Shown here one piece after another: positions 9,833 to 21,674 of a stretch of 64,000 bases of DNA; the stretch's first letter is position 1; each line of letters begins with the position of its first letter. The DNA is taken from the IMG/VR virus record IMGVR_UViG_3300025930_000007, positions 186,001 to 250,000 of that record. One strand, given 5' to 3'. The translations under genes were made by a program, and so were the position numbers. The notes below the pieces were generated by a model. That model had not been told where the DNA came from and searched no databases. It saw only the letters and a list, made by a program, of their open reading frames with translations.

Positions 9833-12800
9833 CTCTAAAGTCCCTTGTTCCCTAGACAGTGACGGCACGGCTTCAACGTCCCATGATCGGAGCAGAATGT
9901 GTCGCACTCCCGCTCATGCTGATCGCCGCGGCATCCACAGAGCCTCTCGCTAGGATCCCCTGGGAAAGGACAATAGGCCTTATGGAATGCGGTGCCGCAT
10001 TGCTGATGACACCGAACCCAGTTTTTCTTGAGTTCCTCGATCTGAATGTTCAGTCGCCGGATTTCTGCCTGAGCGTCCATCAGATCACGGGAGATGGATC
10101 CGGCCACGGCCACGCCAGGCTCGACGACGGGCGGGCATTCTCTCAGGATGTCGTGCATCCCGCGGCATCTCGGACAATAATCGCCCATAGCCATTTCAGC
10201 ACCTAAGAACGACGAAACGATTCCGTCTCGTAGCACGGGAGGTTAAGCCATCCATGCCAAACTCTGCCGTATCTGGGTGGTTTGTTCGGCTCACACTCCA
10301 TCCCGACGAATACTGCTCCCACGGGGACCTCGATCGACGGCTTTCCGTCCACGATGCAGGATGCTATTTCCGGTTGTCTTGCCTTCCTATCGGCCGCCTT
10401 GGCTTCCATTCTCTTTTCTAGCCATTCCGGAAGATCGAGCTTGATATAGCCTGAAGAGCCATAGTTCATGACGGCCCCGCAGACCTCCTGGAGCATCGTC
10501 AATTCCTTCTCCTGCCGCTCCGTGATGCCGCCGCCTTTGTACTTCTTCAGGATCAGCTTGAACCGCCGCCCGTTGGCGATATCCCACCACTTGAGAATCC
10601 AGGGCTCCAGACCTCTACTCATTCGGTTTTTGAATGGATTTCTGAAGAGTTTCGGCAACCTCGGCTAGGGCAGCCTTCTGTTCGTTCGTCCAGGGAGCGG
10701 ACTGCTCCTCGGTGGACAGCGAGAACTGCGTGCGCTTGAGGACGGGAACGAACGTGATGTCTTTCGCCAGATCGCAGGCTTCCATCCACTGCTTGAGCAG
10801 CTTCCGAAATTCATCGACCTTCAGCTTGAGCTTGCTGTTCTCGGAAAGCAGCTTGGTGAAGTCTGTGATACAGGGGTGGCTCTCTTCGGGACGCCCACAC
10901 AGGTCGCAAAGCATCAAGTACCTCTATTCTGTTCCGGCTTCCGTACCTTCCAGTCGATCTTGTCCTGCTGCCACTGGCCCGACTTCTTCAGCTTCCGGAC
11001 CATCTTTGGGTGCTTGGCTCTCATGTGATTCGCGTAGTCCTGCCATTCGAGCAGAAGCTTCCCGCAAAAGCACTTCACGTCCAGGATCGTATGGCCCCTC
11101 TTGTGGCCCCAATACCGATCCTTCGAAAAGCCGCCATCCCACTGGCGCATCGTTAGACGACGTCGATCCGGCCGCGCTTCAGGACCGAGGTCATCTTGAC
11201 CGAGAGCGGGTACCCCATGTCCCACCCGTTCTTCCTCATGGCCCACTTCTTGGCCTTTCGGATCGCGGCTTCTGGGGTTCCCTTCTCGAGGACCCAGAGC
11301 GTCAGGTCCTTGATGACCGGCCGCTTCTCACCGTATTCCTTGAGCCGGACATCCAACCCCACTTCGTAGACGTTCATGAAATCCCCCTTTACTCTTCCGG
11401 ATACTCAGGATTCGGGCCCGGATGGGCTTCTTTTGCTTTGGCATTGAGCGTTGCCGCCATCTTGCGAAGCATCTTCGCCTCTTCATCCCGATCATGGATG
11501 AAGGCAGCCTGGGCATCCTGCATCAGCACGCCGGCGGCCTGCTCGAGGCCGGCACTGATCCCGACTTTGAATGAATGGGCGCAATGGGCCTCGATCGCGA
11601 GATGGCAACGGCACTCGCAGCTATTGCGGCATTCCCCGAACTTGCACTTGCAGCCGGTCATCGCGTCCATACCTCGACGTATTCGTGGAACTCGGGAGCC
11701 CATTCCAAGGACTTCTTGAATCCCCATCGTGCCAGGATTAGCTGCATGAGGCCCAGTGGGGTTGGAACCTCGACTTTGTATCCGTCCGCTTCGACGCCCT
11801 TGATGAGGCGTGAGAAGGCTCCTTCGCCTTTGTTCCTGGACTCGATGAAACTGATCGTGCACTTCTTATCGGTGATCCAGAGATAGGAGCCTTCCTCAAA
11901 GTTCTCCTTCGTGAAGCCCCAGTGCTCAGGCGCCTGTCCAGGCTCGACCATTCCGTCTTTCATGCGAGCTTCTTGATCATCTCCAGGCCCCGGCATTCTG
12001 CAAAGCAGTGACAGGGCGTGTGTTTTAGATTCTCTTCCTTCACTCGATGAATCCGTTCGGTTCCATTGATCAGGAGAGCAGCGATCTCGACGCGCTTCCC
12101 CGCCATTCTGATCACGCGGCAGGGAATCATTGCGGTGAAGCAGTAACCGCGCGTATTGGCCCGCTTCCAGATCCATGGGTACTTTTTTTCGTCGTAATTC
12201 ATCAGGACCTTTCACTACCCTTGATGTCGAACACCTTCCCGGAATCCCGACGAAGCTCGACGAGTTGGAGCCAGAGGAACAGTTCCGTCTTCGTGGCCGG
12301 CCGGAACCGATAGCCGTCTTCCGTGGCCACCCAGTTACCTGCCCTGCATTCGAGCCTGACTTCCTGCGGCTTCATCCTCAGTCCTTCATGAAGGTCGTGG
12401 GAGGGCGCAGGACGACTTGGAAGCCGCAGCCTGGGCAGACGTGGCGATACTGCTTCCCGGCCGGGATGACCATATGCGACGGCGGCTGATGCCTCGGATT
12501 GAGGCAGCGATCCTGGATGGGAATGTCCTCGAAGCCGCTCTTCCGGTCGTTCTTCTTCACGGCCGCTCCTTTCGAGCCTTCATACTCTTTTCCGACGATC
12601 TTTCCAGACCGACCTGATCCATCACCTCGAGCGTCGCCAGCAGCTCCTTCGCTCTCCTGATGTCGGGCAGATCCATCTTCGGATCAAGGTATTCGTGAAT
12701 GGTCCTAGACAGACTACGAGCCCGAGCCCGGAGCGCCTCGTACAGGGCCTCGTTGTCCATCATCACACCGCGTTACTTCGTCACGTCCTCGGTGTTGATG

Positions 12801-13020
12801 ACGTGGGCGTTGAGGCCCTTGGGCGACTGGAAGAGCATCTCGAAGTAGTCGCGCGCCGACTGCTCGGTGAGCGCCGTGTCCTTGTCGACCATCGAGCCTT
12901 CGATCTCGATCAGGACGCGGATCTTCTTGACGGGTTTGGCCTTTTCCTTTTTCTGGAAAAGGGTCTTCTTGGTGGACATGATCAATCTCCTTCCTTGAAA
13001 CTGGTACCGTTACGGCAATA

Positions 13021-13049
13021 ATGGTAACTTGGTTTACCAGTCAGGTCAA
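13021..13049 (-). promoter_or_regulatory. promoter TTGACC-17-TACCAT with GGTAAACC box
   Basis: Minus TTGACC TGACTGGTAAACCAAGT TACCAT; intergenic, heads the 12985-5677 operon. Confidence 0.7.
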
Positions 13050-13070
13050 GAGATTGAAATGAAAGAAATT

Positions 13071-13316
13071 CTAGGCCGATTCGTCGTCCCGATAACCGAC
13101 GCCGAACTTGAGGGGACGATTCCACATGCCATAGAATTCGCCGATGGTGGCCGACTGTCCTTCGCCTTCATTCCATCGGTGGAGGCCGTTGACCTTGGCG
13201 TGCTGGTTCCAGCGCTTCGCGAGGGCTTCTTCGGCTTCTTCTTTCGTCTTGCCGACGCTCGTGAACTGGAAGTGGGGCGTGTGCATCTCGGCGACCCAGA
13301 CGACGTCTTTGGCCAT
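13071..13316 (-). CDS. hypothetical protein
   Basis: 81 aa ORF with upstream TATGCT. Confidence 0.6.
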   Translation of the reverse strand: MAKDVVWVAEMHTPHFQFTSVGKTKEEAEEALAKRWNQHAKVNGLHRWNEGEGQSATIGEFYGMWNRPLKFGVGYRDDESA

Positions 13317-13356
13317 CTCTATACCCTCAGCTATCTGAGGAGAGCATAGCCTGGTC

Positions 13357-13635
13357 TTAGCCAGGATTCGAGAGCTTTCCGGGGGTGAGGAGAAGAGCCG
13401 ATCCCATTACGATGCCGGCGATTCCAAACATCCACCATTCCGGCTTCAGCATCATCCCTTCCTTTGTCATAGGAAAGGGAGGAATGACCGGCGTCCTTGG
13501 CCTGAAGATATCTCCGAAGAAGACGAACGTCTTGGTCGGCGCCACCACCGCGCTGGCGGCCGTGGTGCCGAACATCCGGAGGAATCCGCGGCGCCCCAGC
13601 TTCTTCAGATCTTCTTCTTTGGCGACATGAATCAT
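13357..13635 (-). CDS. small membrane protein with Tat-like signal
   Basis: GRRGFLRMFGTTAASAVVAP; C-terminal hydrophobic helix. Confidence 0.6.
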   Translation of the reverse strand: MIHVAKEEDLKKLGRRGFLRMFGTTAASAVVAPTKTFVFFGDIFRPRTPVIPPFPMTKEGMMLKPEWWMFGIAGIVMGSALLLTPGKLSNPG

Positions 13636-14707
13636 TTGATCACTCCAGCGAGTCCTTTGATGATGAAAGTCTTACACGGACAGCGGCCATCCTTCTTCGG
13701 ATCCGGAACAACGATCAGGCATTCGAGCGTGCCGTCGAATTCATGGTGCTCGAGGTCATGGTTGCAGTCTGCGCATTTTTCCAGGGGTCCGAGAGCCGCC
13801 GGGCAATGGACGCACCTCATCATCTGCAGATGGCCATGTGTGGTCAGGATCGGTTCCCAATGATGGCCGCTTTTGTTGCAGCGTTTGCAGTATCCCTTGC
13901 AGAGTTTCATGGCGCTCTTGTTGGTCTTCATGTTACCAGCACGATCCCCGTTCCGGCTCATCTCCTTTGATCCGACAGGAGAAACAGGTGTCCACCTTGT
14001 TTTCGACCTCGAGGGCATCCAGCTTGCTATTACAGAGCTTGCAGGTCATCCAGACGATGCCACCCAGCCGCTCCGGCTCCATGATTTCACAGATCGTGCG
14101 TGCGATCTGGAATGGGTCTTCCTTCGCGTCACGCTGAATAGAAGACTGGAGGACCTCAAGCACGTCCTTGGCCATGGAGACATCCTTCATGGCGATCGCG
14201 CGGAGCTTCTCGACGAAGAGGGATACAGCTTTCTCGTCCAGCATATCCGGATCGTCGTCCTTCATGTGCTCTTCCCCGGCGCGAAGCCCTGGAAGGCGCC
14301 TTTGCCGTCGTGCTTGAGCTCGTCCACGCTGCCTTCGGAGTCGATGTAAAGGAGTCGGCGTTCTCCAAGCATTCCGTTCCGATGAAGATCCCGAACCACA
14401 GCCTCGGCATCATTCGTCACGGTCATCGAGCCTTCCCCGACGTCCTTGATCAAGATCTGATCTTCCGTCTGGAGTTCCACCCGATATTTTGCCCTGGTCA
14501 TGATCAAAGTTCCTTCCTGACGCCAGTCAATACTTCCTCTACTCTTTTCGCCCAGCCCTGGATCTCTCGCATATAAGCGATCGCCAGTTCCTGGGCCTTC
14601 ACGTCGTCCGATTCGTCCCACCAAATGGTCTCGAGAGCCTGTCCCAGGGCGGAGGCTTCTGCCGAACCCATCTGATGGAGCTTCGCCTGGAGATCTTCGA
14701 GATTCAT
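13632..14707 (-). other. four short coupled hypothetical ORFs
   Basis: 13632-~13931, 13933-14265, 14262-~14501, 14504-14707. Confidence 0.6.
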
Positions 14708-15474
14708 CTTTTGTTAGGCTCCGTATAGATGCGGCGCTCAGCTACCCAGAGATCCGGCAGGAATCGGGGCTTCATATGCCTGAGGAAGTGCCGGCGCCAC
14801 CGGATGGCGAAGTCGTCCAGATCTCTCAGCTTGGAGACGATGATCTCGGCCGCCGAGGTCGTGACGATGCCATCCTTGATGATATCGAAGACGTTTTCAG
14901 GATCTTCAGGAAGGAGTTCTTCTTTCCCGAGGTAGGTCTTCACGATCTTCTCGAAACGATCCCGTCTATCGAAGGGGAGCTTATCCCGATGACGATGAAG
15001 GGTAATCGCGGCCTTCATGATTTGGGCTTCGTCGTCATTGAGGGTAGTCGTTCCCCAGGGAGGAACGCCATGCTCATGAGCGATCGACTGCTTGAGTTCC
15101 TGAGCCCGCTCCTCATAGGAATCATGGCATCCCAGGCAGAGCAGAAGAACATCGTAGAACCAACGGCCATTCTCGTAGCTGTCCTTGGGGAAGTATCTCC
15201 TATAGCAATAGGGGACAATATGGTGATGGGACAGGTTATCCGTGATCCCGCAGACAACACAGCGGTTCTTGAACTCCTGAAGGAAATAAGGGTCACCGTG
15301 ATGCCCAGGGCCTTTGGGCTTGAAATTGAGGCGAATGACGGGAGGCTCTTTCGTCACGATGTCCGCCAGGCCCATTGAGAGGTACCAGTTCATGCGCTCC
15401 TGGTCACAGCGAAACATGACGGTATCGCCGGTCAGAACCACACAATTTCCGTAAAGGCTGGTAGTCGCTTTCAT
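14704..15474 (-). CDS. HNH-like protein resembling the C-terminal region of eukaryotic EXD2
   Basis: LYGNC...WYL..GLA...IRLNFKP.G...NRCVVCG...HHIVPYCYRRYFP...DVLLLCLGCH. Confidence 0.7.
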   Translation of the reverse strand: MKATTSLYGNCVVLTGDTVMFRCDQERMNWYLSMGLADIVTKEPPVIRLNFKPKGPGHHGDPYFLQEFKNRCVVCGITDNLSHHHIVPYCYRRYFPKDSYENGRWFYDVLLLCLGCHDSYEERAQELKQSIAHEHGVPPWGTTTLNDDEAQIMKAAITLHRHRDKLPFDRRDRFEKIVKTYLGKEELLPEDPENVFDIIKDGIVTTSAAEIIVSKLRDLDDFAIRWRRHFLRHMKPRFLPDLWVAERRIYTEPNKR

Positions 15475-15499
15475 TAGATCATCGGCTTCGCTGCCGTGC

Positions 15500-15793
15500 T
15501 TATTGCTGTTTCACCGAATTAGGACACCCACAGAAGCAGCGAGGATTACCGTTTTCTCTGAAGTGCTTTGTGATGTTTGAAATCGTGCTCCCACCATGGG
15601 CCAGATAAAGCTGAGTGGCCTTCTCTACGATCTCTGCCAGAACGTCGCGCTTCAGCTCCGCCCAATAGTGCTTTTCATCCGAGACAACTTCCTTGCAGAT
15701 GATCTCAGGACTCATTTGCAACTTGGTCAGGTAGCTGCAGACGTCTCCGGAGATCCGCTTCATGTCTTCGAGCGTGAGATCACCCTGTAGCAT
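15500..15793 (-). CDS. hypothetical protein
   Basis: 97 aa ORF in operon. Confidence 0.55.
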   Translation of the reverse strand: MLQGDLTLEDMKRISGDVCSYLTKLQMSPEIICKEVVSDEKHYWAELKRDVLAEIVEKATQLYLAHGGSTISNITKHFRENGNPRCFCGCPNSVKQQ

Positions 15794-15944
15794 TATCCAC
15801 CAGTCTTTTGGGGCTCAATCACTTCGACCCAGAGTCCATTTACACGTCCCCAGAGACGGAAGCATGCGAGGCATTCGATCATCGTGGCCGTGATGCACCA
15901 GTTATCGGCCCCACACTGGCATTTCTCTCCTATAGGCCCGGTCT

Positions 15945-16442
15945 TCATACGTTCATCGATCCTGCTGCTCGATTGCTGTTCAGAAGACGCATCATCGCGT
16001 GATCCGCAATGCCCAAGGAATCCGAGTCGTCATCCGTCTCGAAATCGACGCCGTACTTGACCGCCATCCGGTAGGCGACATCGGCCTTCGTCTCGTTCTG
16101 CTTCCGCCAGATCCTAGGCGGCCAAGGCAGGATGTTGATATTGGGCCAGAGCCTGGTCACTTCAGAGATGATCACGGCGCAGATGCAGTTGAGGCGCACG
16201 ATCGACCGGATCTCTTTCTCATTGCTGCCCGGCAGCGGCAGCTCCTCCGGCTGTTCGATGGCGACCGCGACGGGATCTTCCTCGAGCTCGACCAGGAAGT
16301 CGGCAAGCTCGTTCCGGAAGGTCCCATATCTCCAGGGGATATGATTGTCCGCCCAGAGAGTCTTGAAACGACACTTCCCGGCTGAATTGACCGAAGCGAT
16401 GCCGGTCTTCATCGATCCTGGATCTATTCCGAGAACGAGCAT
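15945..16442 (-). CDS. RuvC-like Holliday junction resolvase
   Basis: VLGIDPG, VAIEQP, DDDSDSLGIA catalytic acidic motifs. Confidence 0.75.
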   Translation of the reverse strand: MLVLGIDPGSMKTGIASVNSAGKCRFKTLWADNHIPWRYGTFRNELADFLVELEEDPVAVAIEQPEELPLPGSNEKEIRSIVRLNCICAVIISEVTRLWPNINILPWPPRIWRKQNETKADVAYRMAVKYGVDFETDDDSDSLGIADHAMMRLLNSNRAAGSMNV

Positions 16443-16446
16443 TCTT

Positions 16447-18857
16447 TTACCTGCGACAGTTCGAGCAGATGGCACCCCGCGTCTTTTGTGTCTTGCAGCG
16501 GACGCAAGTTTCAAAGCTGCCCTGAACCTCCGAGGCCCGACGCTCCGGATTCTGGCGGCGATCGACATTCATCACGCTCCCCATCAGGAAGTGATGCTTC
16601 TTCCTACGCAACGTCTTCTTTTTTCTCGCCTTCTTCATAAGGCCTTAGCCGATTGTTTGAGGACAAGGTCGGCATCACAGAAGATGCATTTATCCCTGGC
16701 TCTCTTCCTAAGACCGCAGGTATCCGAGATGCAGGTATTCAGCATAGGATAGGCCGCCAGACGCCGCACGACACGGCGGAGCTCCTTCAAGGCCTTGGTC
16801 TTGCTCACGTAGCCCATCGGTTCGACTTCTCCAGATCGCTCAGCATCTCGTTGACCTTCGCCGCCAGCTTGCACTCGCAAGTATCGTCCTGAGGGCAATT
16901 GATGTGTTCGTGGGGGTCCCCGATCTCGACGAGCTGCTTAATCACTTCATGAGCATCCTTCACCATCGTGGTGTAGATGCTCCGCTGGCCATGGAGGTAG
17001 CCTGCGGTGAAAGCCTCGTGATGCTCCTTGGGGAATTCCATCATCTTCTTGGGTTGATCGTTGTCCTGGATCGCCGGCACGCCGCCGAGCGATTCCCCGC
17101 GACACTGCGTACAGGTCGCGATAGGATCTTTCCTGCAATGGTGACAGTTGCAGATCGTCCACTCGGTATTCTTCCCGCATTTGACGCAGTAGCCCGTCGC
17201 CGATTCGGTCTTCATTCCTCGATTTCCTTCCCCGGAAGATCCATTTTCTTCGTATAAGGCATCCCCAGCTTGTCATGGAGCGCCTTGATCTCGGCGTCTA
17301 GAGCTTGACCGATCACGAGGCATTTGTTCGCATCGTAGCCAGCAGAACCATCGACCTGCCGGAAGCGGTAGGCGAGATCCGCGATCAGGATGAGCCGATC
17401 TTTGAGCGTCACAGTCCAGCCCGATTCCTTTCCATGAGTGCGCTCCGAAGGTGTGGGAAAGCGATCGAGGCCTTGACCTGGGCGTGCTCCAGTTCCTTCC
17501 TCACCCAGTCCGGAAGGATCGCGTCCTTGCAGTCCAGGACCTCGTCGATGGCGTCCCAGAGAGCCCCTACGCCTTCTCTCTGCTTTTCTTCCGGCGTCAT
17601 CCGATTCAGAATGTCCAGAAGGCTCATTCGACGATCCCCAGCATCTCCCCCGATCCCAGAAGCTTCACGACCCGAGTCGCGGCGATGAAGGGGTTCATGA
17701 TGACGCTTTTGGCATCCTTGCCGAACTGCTTCTCGCGCGTCGGGGTCACGTAGAAGCCCGACTTGGCACGCCACTCGACGACGGCCTTCTTCTCCTCGAA
17801 CTCGAAGGTGTAGAAGGTGCCGGCGCCTTCTTCCGGCGGGATCGGTCCCTTGACTGCGGTCTGGACGACGGGCTTTTCTTCCGTGTACTTCACGCCGAAG
17901 AGCAGCCGACGGACTTCCTTCACGAAGACGTCGTTCTGCAGCTCGGGATCCGGTTTCCGTTCGGGTTTCTCGGGCATGGCTTCCTCCTATAGGCTGGCGT
18001 ATTTACGCCGATCATATTCGTTGTACAACTTCTCGATCTCTGAGGTGAGGATGCTCGGATAAAGTTGCCCCACCATCTCCCGGATAAGCTGACGACGTTC
18101 CCGAATCTCTTCCAAGATCGCCGTCGGATCGAGCTTTAGAGCCTCCTCAAGCGATTTCACGCGCCCTCCTGAAAACGGCTTGGTCTTCCGCCAGCGTCCC
18201 GTCTGCCTTGAGCTCAGCGTAGAGCTTTCTATGCCGACGCCGAAGATGGGAGACCCAGGTCTTGAAGCTGGTCAGCACCTTCTTGCAGCGGCAGATGACC
18301 TGGCACGATGACTTCACGCCATTTCCTTTTCCATGGACCCTTCGAAGTCGCGCTCATATTCCTCATTGTATTCGGAATCGTCCCACTGATCGTTGTCGGA
18401 CTGCATCTGACCTGAAGCGAGAAGGGCGGCGGCCGCCGCGGAATCACAGGTCGTCCGGGCATAGAGCTTCCTGAGATTCTTCGCGAAGTGCCGAGCGTCT
18501 TTAGCCTTGTTCATGCGGGCCACGGGGATACCACTGGTCATGACCTTCCAGCCGCGCATCTTATGGCCATAGAGATTGCGGCCGCCACGAGCCACCTCAA
18601 CGACCAGCATTGTCGTCCTCTTTCTTGGGAAGGAAGATGAACCGGATCGTCATGTTGACCAGAATGATCGGCCATAGAAGCGACGCGATCGCCACCATCA
18701 CCAGCCACACTCCCCGATTGGCCCGAAAGCAGGCGTCGAAGGCCGCCCGAGATTGCGGCCGATACGGCTCGGACCAGAAATAGAAGATCAACCCGCATAG
18801 CAGATAGATGCTGAGATAGAACGTCGAATTCTGGTTCATCAAACCTCGGGCTTCCAT
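16447..18857 (-). other. run of short hypothetical ORFs
   Basis: Coupled ORFs including 16805-17215, 17212-17412, 17624-17977, 18314-18610, 18597-18857 (two hydrophobic helices). Confidence 0.6.
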
Positions 18858-19564
18858 CCACTTACGCCGCGAATCCAGAGCAGCCAGTCATTCAGGAACT
18901 TCTCATCGCAGGTTTCGGCGATCGGCCATGGCTTGCGAGCGTCGATCCTCTCGATCGTGGTCTCGGCTTCCTTGACGGCCTGGTCGGTCGACCAAGCACC
19001 CGTCCTGATCGCCATCAGCTTTTCCTTCTCCTCGCCATCCTTCCAGACCTTGGGCTCGCCGCCCTGGGCAATCCGCTCCGCATCCCAGGCCACGCGAACC
19101 ATGTGGTAGCACCACTTCTCGCCGGCGACCCCGCCCTTCGAATGGACGGGTTTTGAATGCTTGAAGCGCTGGAGCTGCGCCACGGAATATCCGAGGTACT
19201 GTTTCACGACGTTCTGGCAGAGGAACTTCTTCCGTCCCTCATAAAGCGGCTTCCACTTGGGATCAAACCAGACGAACTTGTCCGTGAAGAGCATCTCGAT
19301 GATTCCGGGATTGCCCTTGATGAGCAGATCGCAGAACTTCTTGACCTCATGGACCTGATAGTCCGGCTTCTCGCCGGTCAAGGTATCGCTGGGAGGGTGC
19401 AGGCCCAGAAGATCCTTGGGATAGGCGACGTAAACGCCCGTGTAATCGATGTCGCTCGAGGGAAGCTGGGTATCGTGCGAATGGCTTCCCCAGACCTTCG
19501 AGAAAAGAACCATGCCGCGGATCTCGCGGTCATTGCTGCGCCAGCCGAGAGGATTGAGATCCAC
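18839..19564 (-). CDS. predicted nucleotidyltransferase (Nuc-transf/YcgL/RlaP-like)
   Basis: GSHSH...SDIDYTGVY, HEVKKFCDLLIKGNPGIIEMLF, HMVR. Confidence 0.8.
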   Translation of the reverse strand: MDLNPLGWRSNDREIRGMVLFSKVWGSHSHDTQLPSSDIDYTGVYVAYPKDLLGLHPPSDTLTGEKPDYQVHEVKKFCDLLIKGNPGIIEMLFTDKFVWFDPKWKPLYEGRKKFLCQNVVKQYLGYSVAQLQRFKHSKPVHSKGGVAGEKWCYHMVRVAWDAERIAQGGEPKVWKDGEEKEKLMAIRTGAWSTDQAVKEAETTIERIDARKPWPIAETCDEKFLNDWLLWIRGVSGWKPEV

Positions 19565-19828
19565 TTAATTACTCTCCCTGAGAATCTTCGCATTGCCGCA
19601 CTTGGGGCAGCGGAGGACGATGATCACCTTTCTCTCAAGCATGTCCTGAACCTGGGCGGTCCAAAAGTTCCCCAAATTGACGGAATGCTTTCTGGCTTCT
19701 TCGATCCGACTGGGAAGTTCCGTCTTGTCGACGAACTCCCAAGCATGCTTACATTGGAAGGCCTTGACGATTATGGCCATCACGACGATCATGATGCCGA
19801 TCATGCTGAAGCCTGCGAGGAGCGTCAT
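19565..19828 (-). CDS. small membrane protein with C-H...CxxC motif
   Basis: N-terminal helix, CKHAW...RCPKCG. Confidence 0.6.
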   Translation of the reverse strand: MTLLAGFSMIGIMIVVMAIIVKAFQCKHAWEFVDKTELPSRIEEARKHSVNLGNFWTAQVQDMLERKVIIVLRCPKCGNAKILRESN

Positions 19829-20219
19829 ACCTTCACCCCTGGATGTTCCTTAGGCAGCAGGGCGCCGACCCAAGACATTTCCCGCAAAGATCCGGCATCC
19901 CGCCGTGCTCGCTAAGTACGACTTCGCCCAGGCCCTTGCATGTCACGCATATATCGGTCGGCCAGCCGTCTCCAGCCTCCGGTCCCACGAAGCCGTGGTA
20001 GAAGTAGACGAACTCCTCGACTCCGAAACCGCCGCCGGCGGCGATGTCCTCAAGCGTCTGACCTGGAAAGGCTTTTGCGTAGGTCTGGTAGGCCTTCAGG
20101 GCGTCCTCCCAGAGGACGCACATCCCCTTCCTGCAGTTCGAGATGATGGGGAAGAATCTCAGCATGACGTCGGAACTCCGGTCCTACCCACCACCAATCT
20201 CCTTCCGGCTCTGTGGTTA

Positions 20220-20248
20220 GGTTTACCGGTTTACCGCCGATTTGTCAA
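20220..20248 (-). promoter_or_regulatory. promoter TTGACA-17-TAAACC with tandem GGTAAACC boxes
   Basis: Minus TTGACA AATCGGCGGTAAACCGG TAAACC. Confidence 0.65.
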
Positions 20249-20466
20249 GCGTTGCCGTAATGGTCGCGGAATTCTTTGATGAACCCGCGGAGGGTGAGGA
20301 GCCAAGGCTTCTCGATTGCATCGATCTGAGGATTCTTGATCCTGTCCGCGGCAGCCGCTTCATCGAGGAAGCGGTTGACCTTTACGACTTCCGGCTTAGA
20401 CAGCTCGACAAAGTAGCCGTTCTCGCCGTCGCCGTCTTCCCATTTCACGCTGTAGATCTTTTTCAT
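20245..20466 (-). CDS. hypothetical protein
   Basis: 73 aa ORF. Confidence 0.6.
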   Translation of the reverse strand: MKKIYSVKWEDGDGENGYFVELSKPEVVKVNRFLDEAAAADRIKNPQIDAIEKPWLLTLRGFIKEFRDHYGNA

Positions 20467-20480
20467 ACCGTCCAGTCCGT

Positions 20481-20876
20481 TCAGAGCGATTCTTCGTCAA
20501 CGAATTTCAGCCAGCGATCTGGTTCGAGGATCATGATATCCGCGCCGTCCGGATAGTTGTTGGGAATGATCCAGCCGTCGAAACCGGATACTCGTATCAG
20601 ATCGACGAGCTCTTCCGTGCCACGGGCTTCCATCCCCGCCTCTTCCGCAAGATCATCGAAATCTCTCTTGGATTCAATCAAGGCCAGATTGGGTATTTCG
20701 TACTGCACCTCAAACCTAAGGATTCGTTTATGCTTCCCTTCGTGCCAGGTCGTGAAGTACGTAGCCACGCTTCTGGTATCGCTGAAGAATGCTGGGCCCC
20801 TCGGGATCCGGAAGCCTTTTGAGGACGTCCCATGGTAGAGATCGGTCCCAACGGGAAGACTTCTGCCTTCAGCCAT
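20481..20876 (-). CDS. ADP-ribosyltransferase-fold-like protein
   Basis: LYHGT...FFSD...A..F...GFDG pattern. Confidence 0.45.
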   Translation of the reverse strand: MAEGRSLPVGTDLYHGTSSKGFRIPRGPAFFSDTRSVATYFTTWHEGKHKRILRFEVQYEIPNLALIESKRDFDDLAEEAGMEARGTEELVDLIRVSGFDGWIIPNNYPDGADIMILEPDRWLKFVDEESL

Positions 20877-20877
20877 T

Positions 20878-21126
20878 TCAAGACCTGTCGAAGGGCAACT
20901 GGATCTTCGGGAAACTGCTGGAGCTGCCTTCACTCGAGTCCGTCATGATGACTTCGGCGCCCTTTACAAGCAAGCATCCGTCTTTCAGACAACGATTGAA
21001 GATATCGAATTCTGCCTGACTGAACATCAAGCTTCCGCACATGCTCATGTGGCTCGTCTCATGGCCCATAAAGAGGCGGACATGGACGTGCTTGTCCCGG
21101 ACCTCGTATTTCATCTTGATGATCAT
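20878..21126 (-). CDS. hypothetical protein
   Basis: 82 aa coupled ORF. Confidence 0.55.
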   Translation of the reverse strand: MIIKMKYEVRDKHVHVRLFMGHETSHMSMCGSLMFSQAEFDIFNRCLKDGCLLVKGAEVIMTDSSEGSSSSFPKIQLPFDRS

Positions 21127-21513
21127 CTACTGCGATTCGACGATATCTTCGAACCGGAGGGGGCCGAACGCCTTATCCCAGGCTGCGGCCGCCCAGCGCA
21201 TGCCGTCGACCTTTTCGCGCGGTGCATCCTTGTGCCTGAAATGCTGCCGCATCGACCAGTAATCCTCGCCCTCGATCTCGATGGAGAAATAGCCGGCTCG
21301 TTTCAGTTGCAGGGCCTGCTCGTAGGAGGCGTTGAAGGTGACGTAGAAGCCGTCCGGATGGCCTTCGCACGAATAGTGGGTGGGAAGCCCCAACTGGTCA
21401 AGCATGAGGACGAAGTAGTTCACGCCTGGATCGAGAAGTTCGCCGCCGCGATAGATCTTGATCGCTGCAGCTTCGTCCCAGACGTTCTTCTTTGTATATA
21501 TGCCTTTTCGCAT
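21127..21513 (-). CDS. hypothetical protein (LD...L...G..T.YSCEGH family)
   Basis: SCEGH motif; promoter TTGCTT-17-TAGAAT upstream. Confidence 0.65.
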   Translation of the reverse strand: MRKGIYTKKNVWDEAAAIKIYRGGELLDPGVNYFVLMLDQLGLPTHYSCEGHPDGFYVTFNASYEQALQLKRAGYFSIEIEGEDYWSMRQHFRHKDAPREKVDGMRWAAAAWDKAFGPLRFEDIVESQ

Positions 21514-21521
21514 AGAAGAGA

Positions 21522-21660
21522 CCGTCTGGGGGGTGTGACGGCTCAGAGTGATTCTATTCGGCCATCATCCCCAAAGCAAGCTGGCTTTCAGGATTCGGAC
21601 AGGATAGACTTTCAGTGGCCTTCCGTCCCCCGGCAGGCCTTATCCGGCCGTCTTCCGCCC
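21522..21660. promoter_or_regulatory. divergent promoter region, each leader with a C-loop hairpin
   Basis: Minus CCGTC-ACACCCCCCA-GACGG (21522-21541); plus GGCCT.CCG-TCCCC-CGG.AGGCC (21617-21639) then TTCCGCCC (21653-21660). Confidence 0.6.
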
Positions 21661-21674
21661 TGATCGGTTGCTCC

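Larger units (their letters stand above)
5677..12985 (-). other. operon of about 25 short, coupled hypothetical ORFs, many with Cys-x2-Cys motifs
   Basis: Continuous minus-strand ORFs with ATGA overlaps and GGAG RBSs (e.g. 6494-6733, 6998-7429, 7897-8454, 11153-11377, 12773-12985). Confidence 0.7.
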
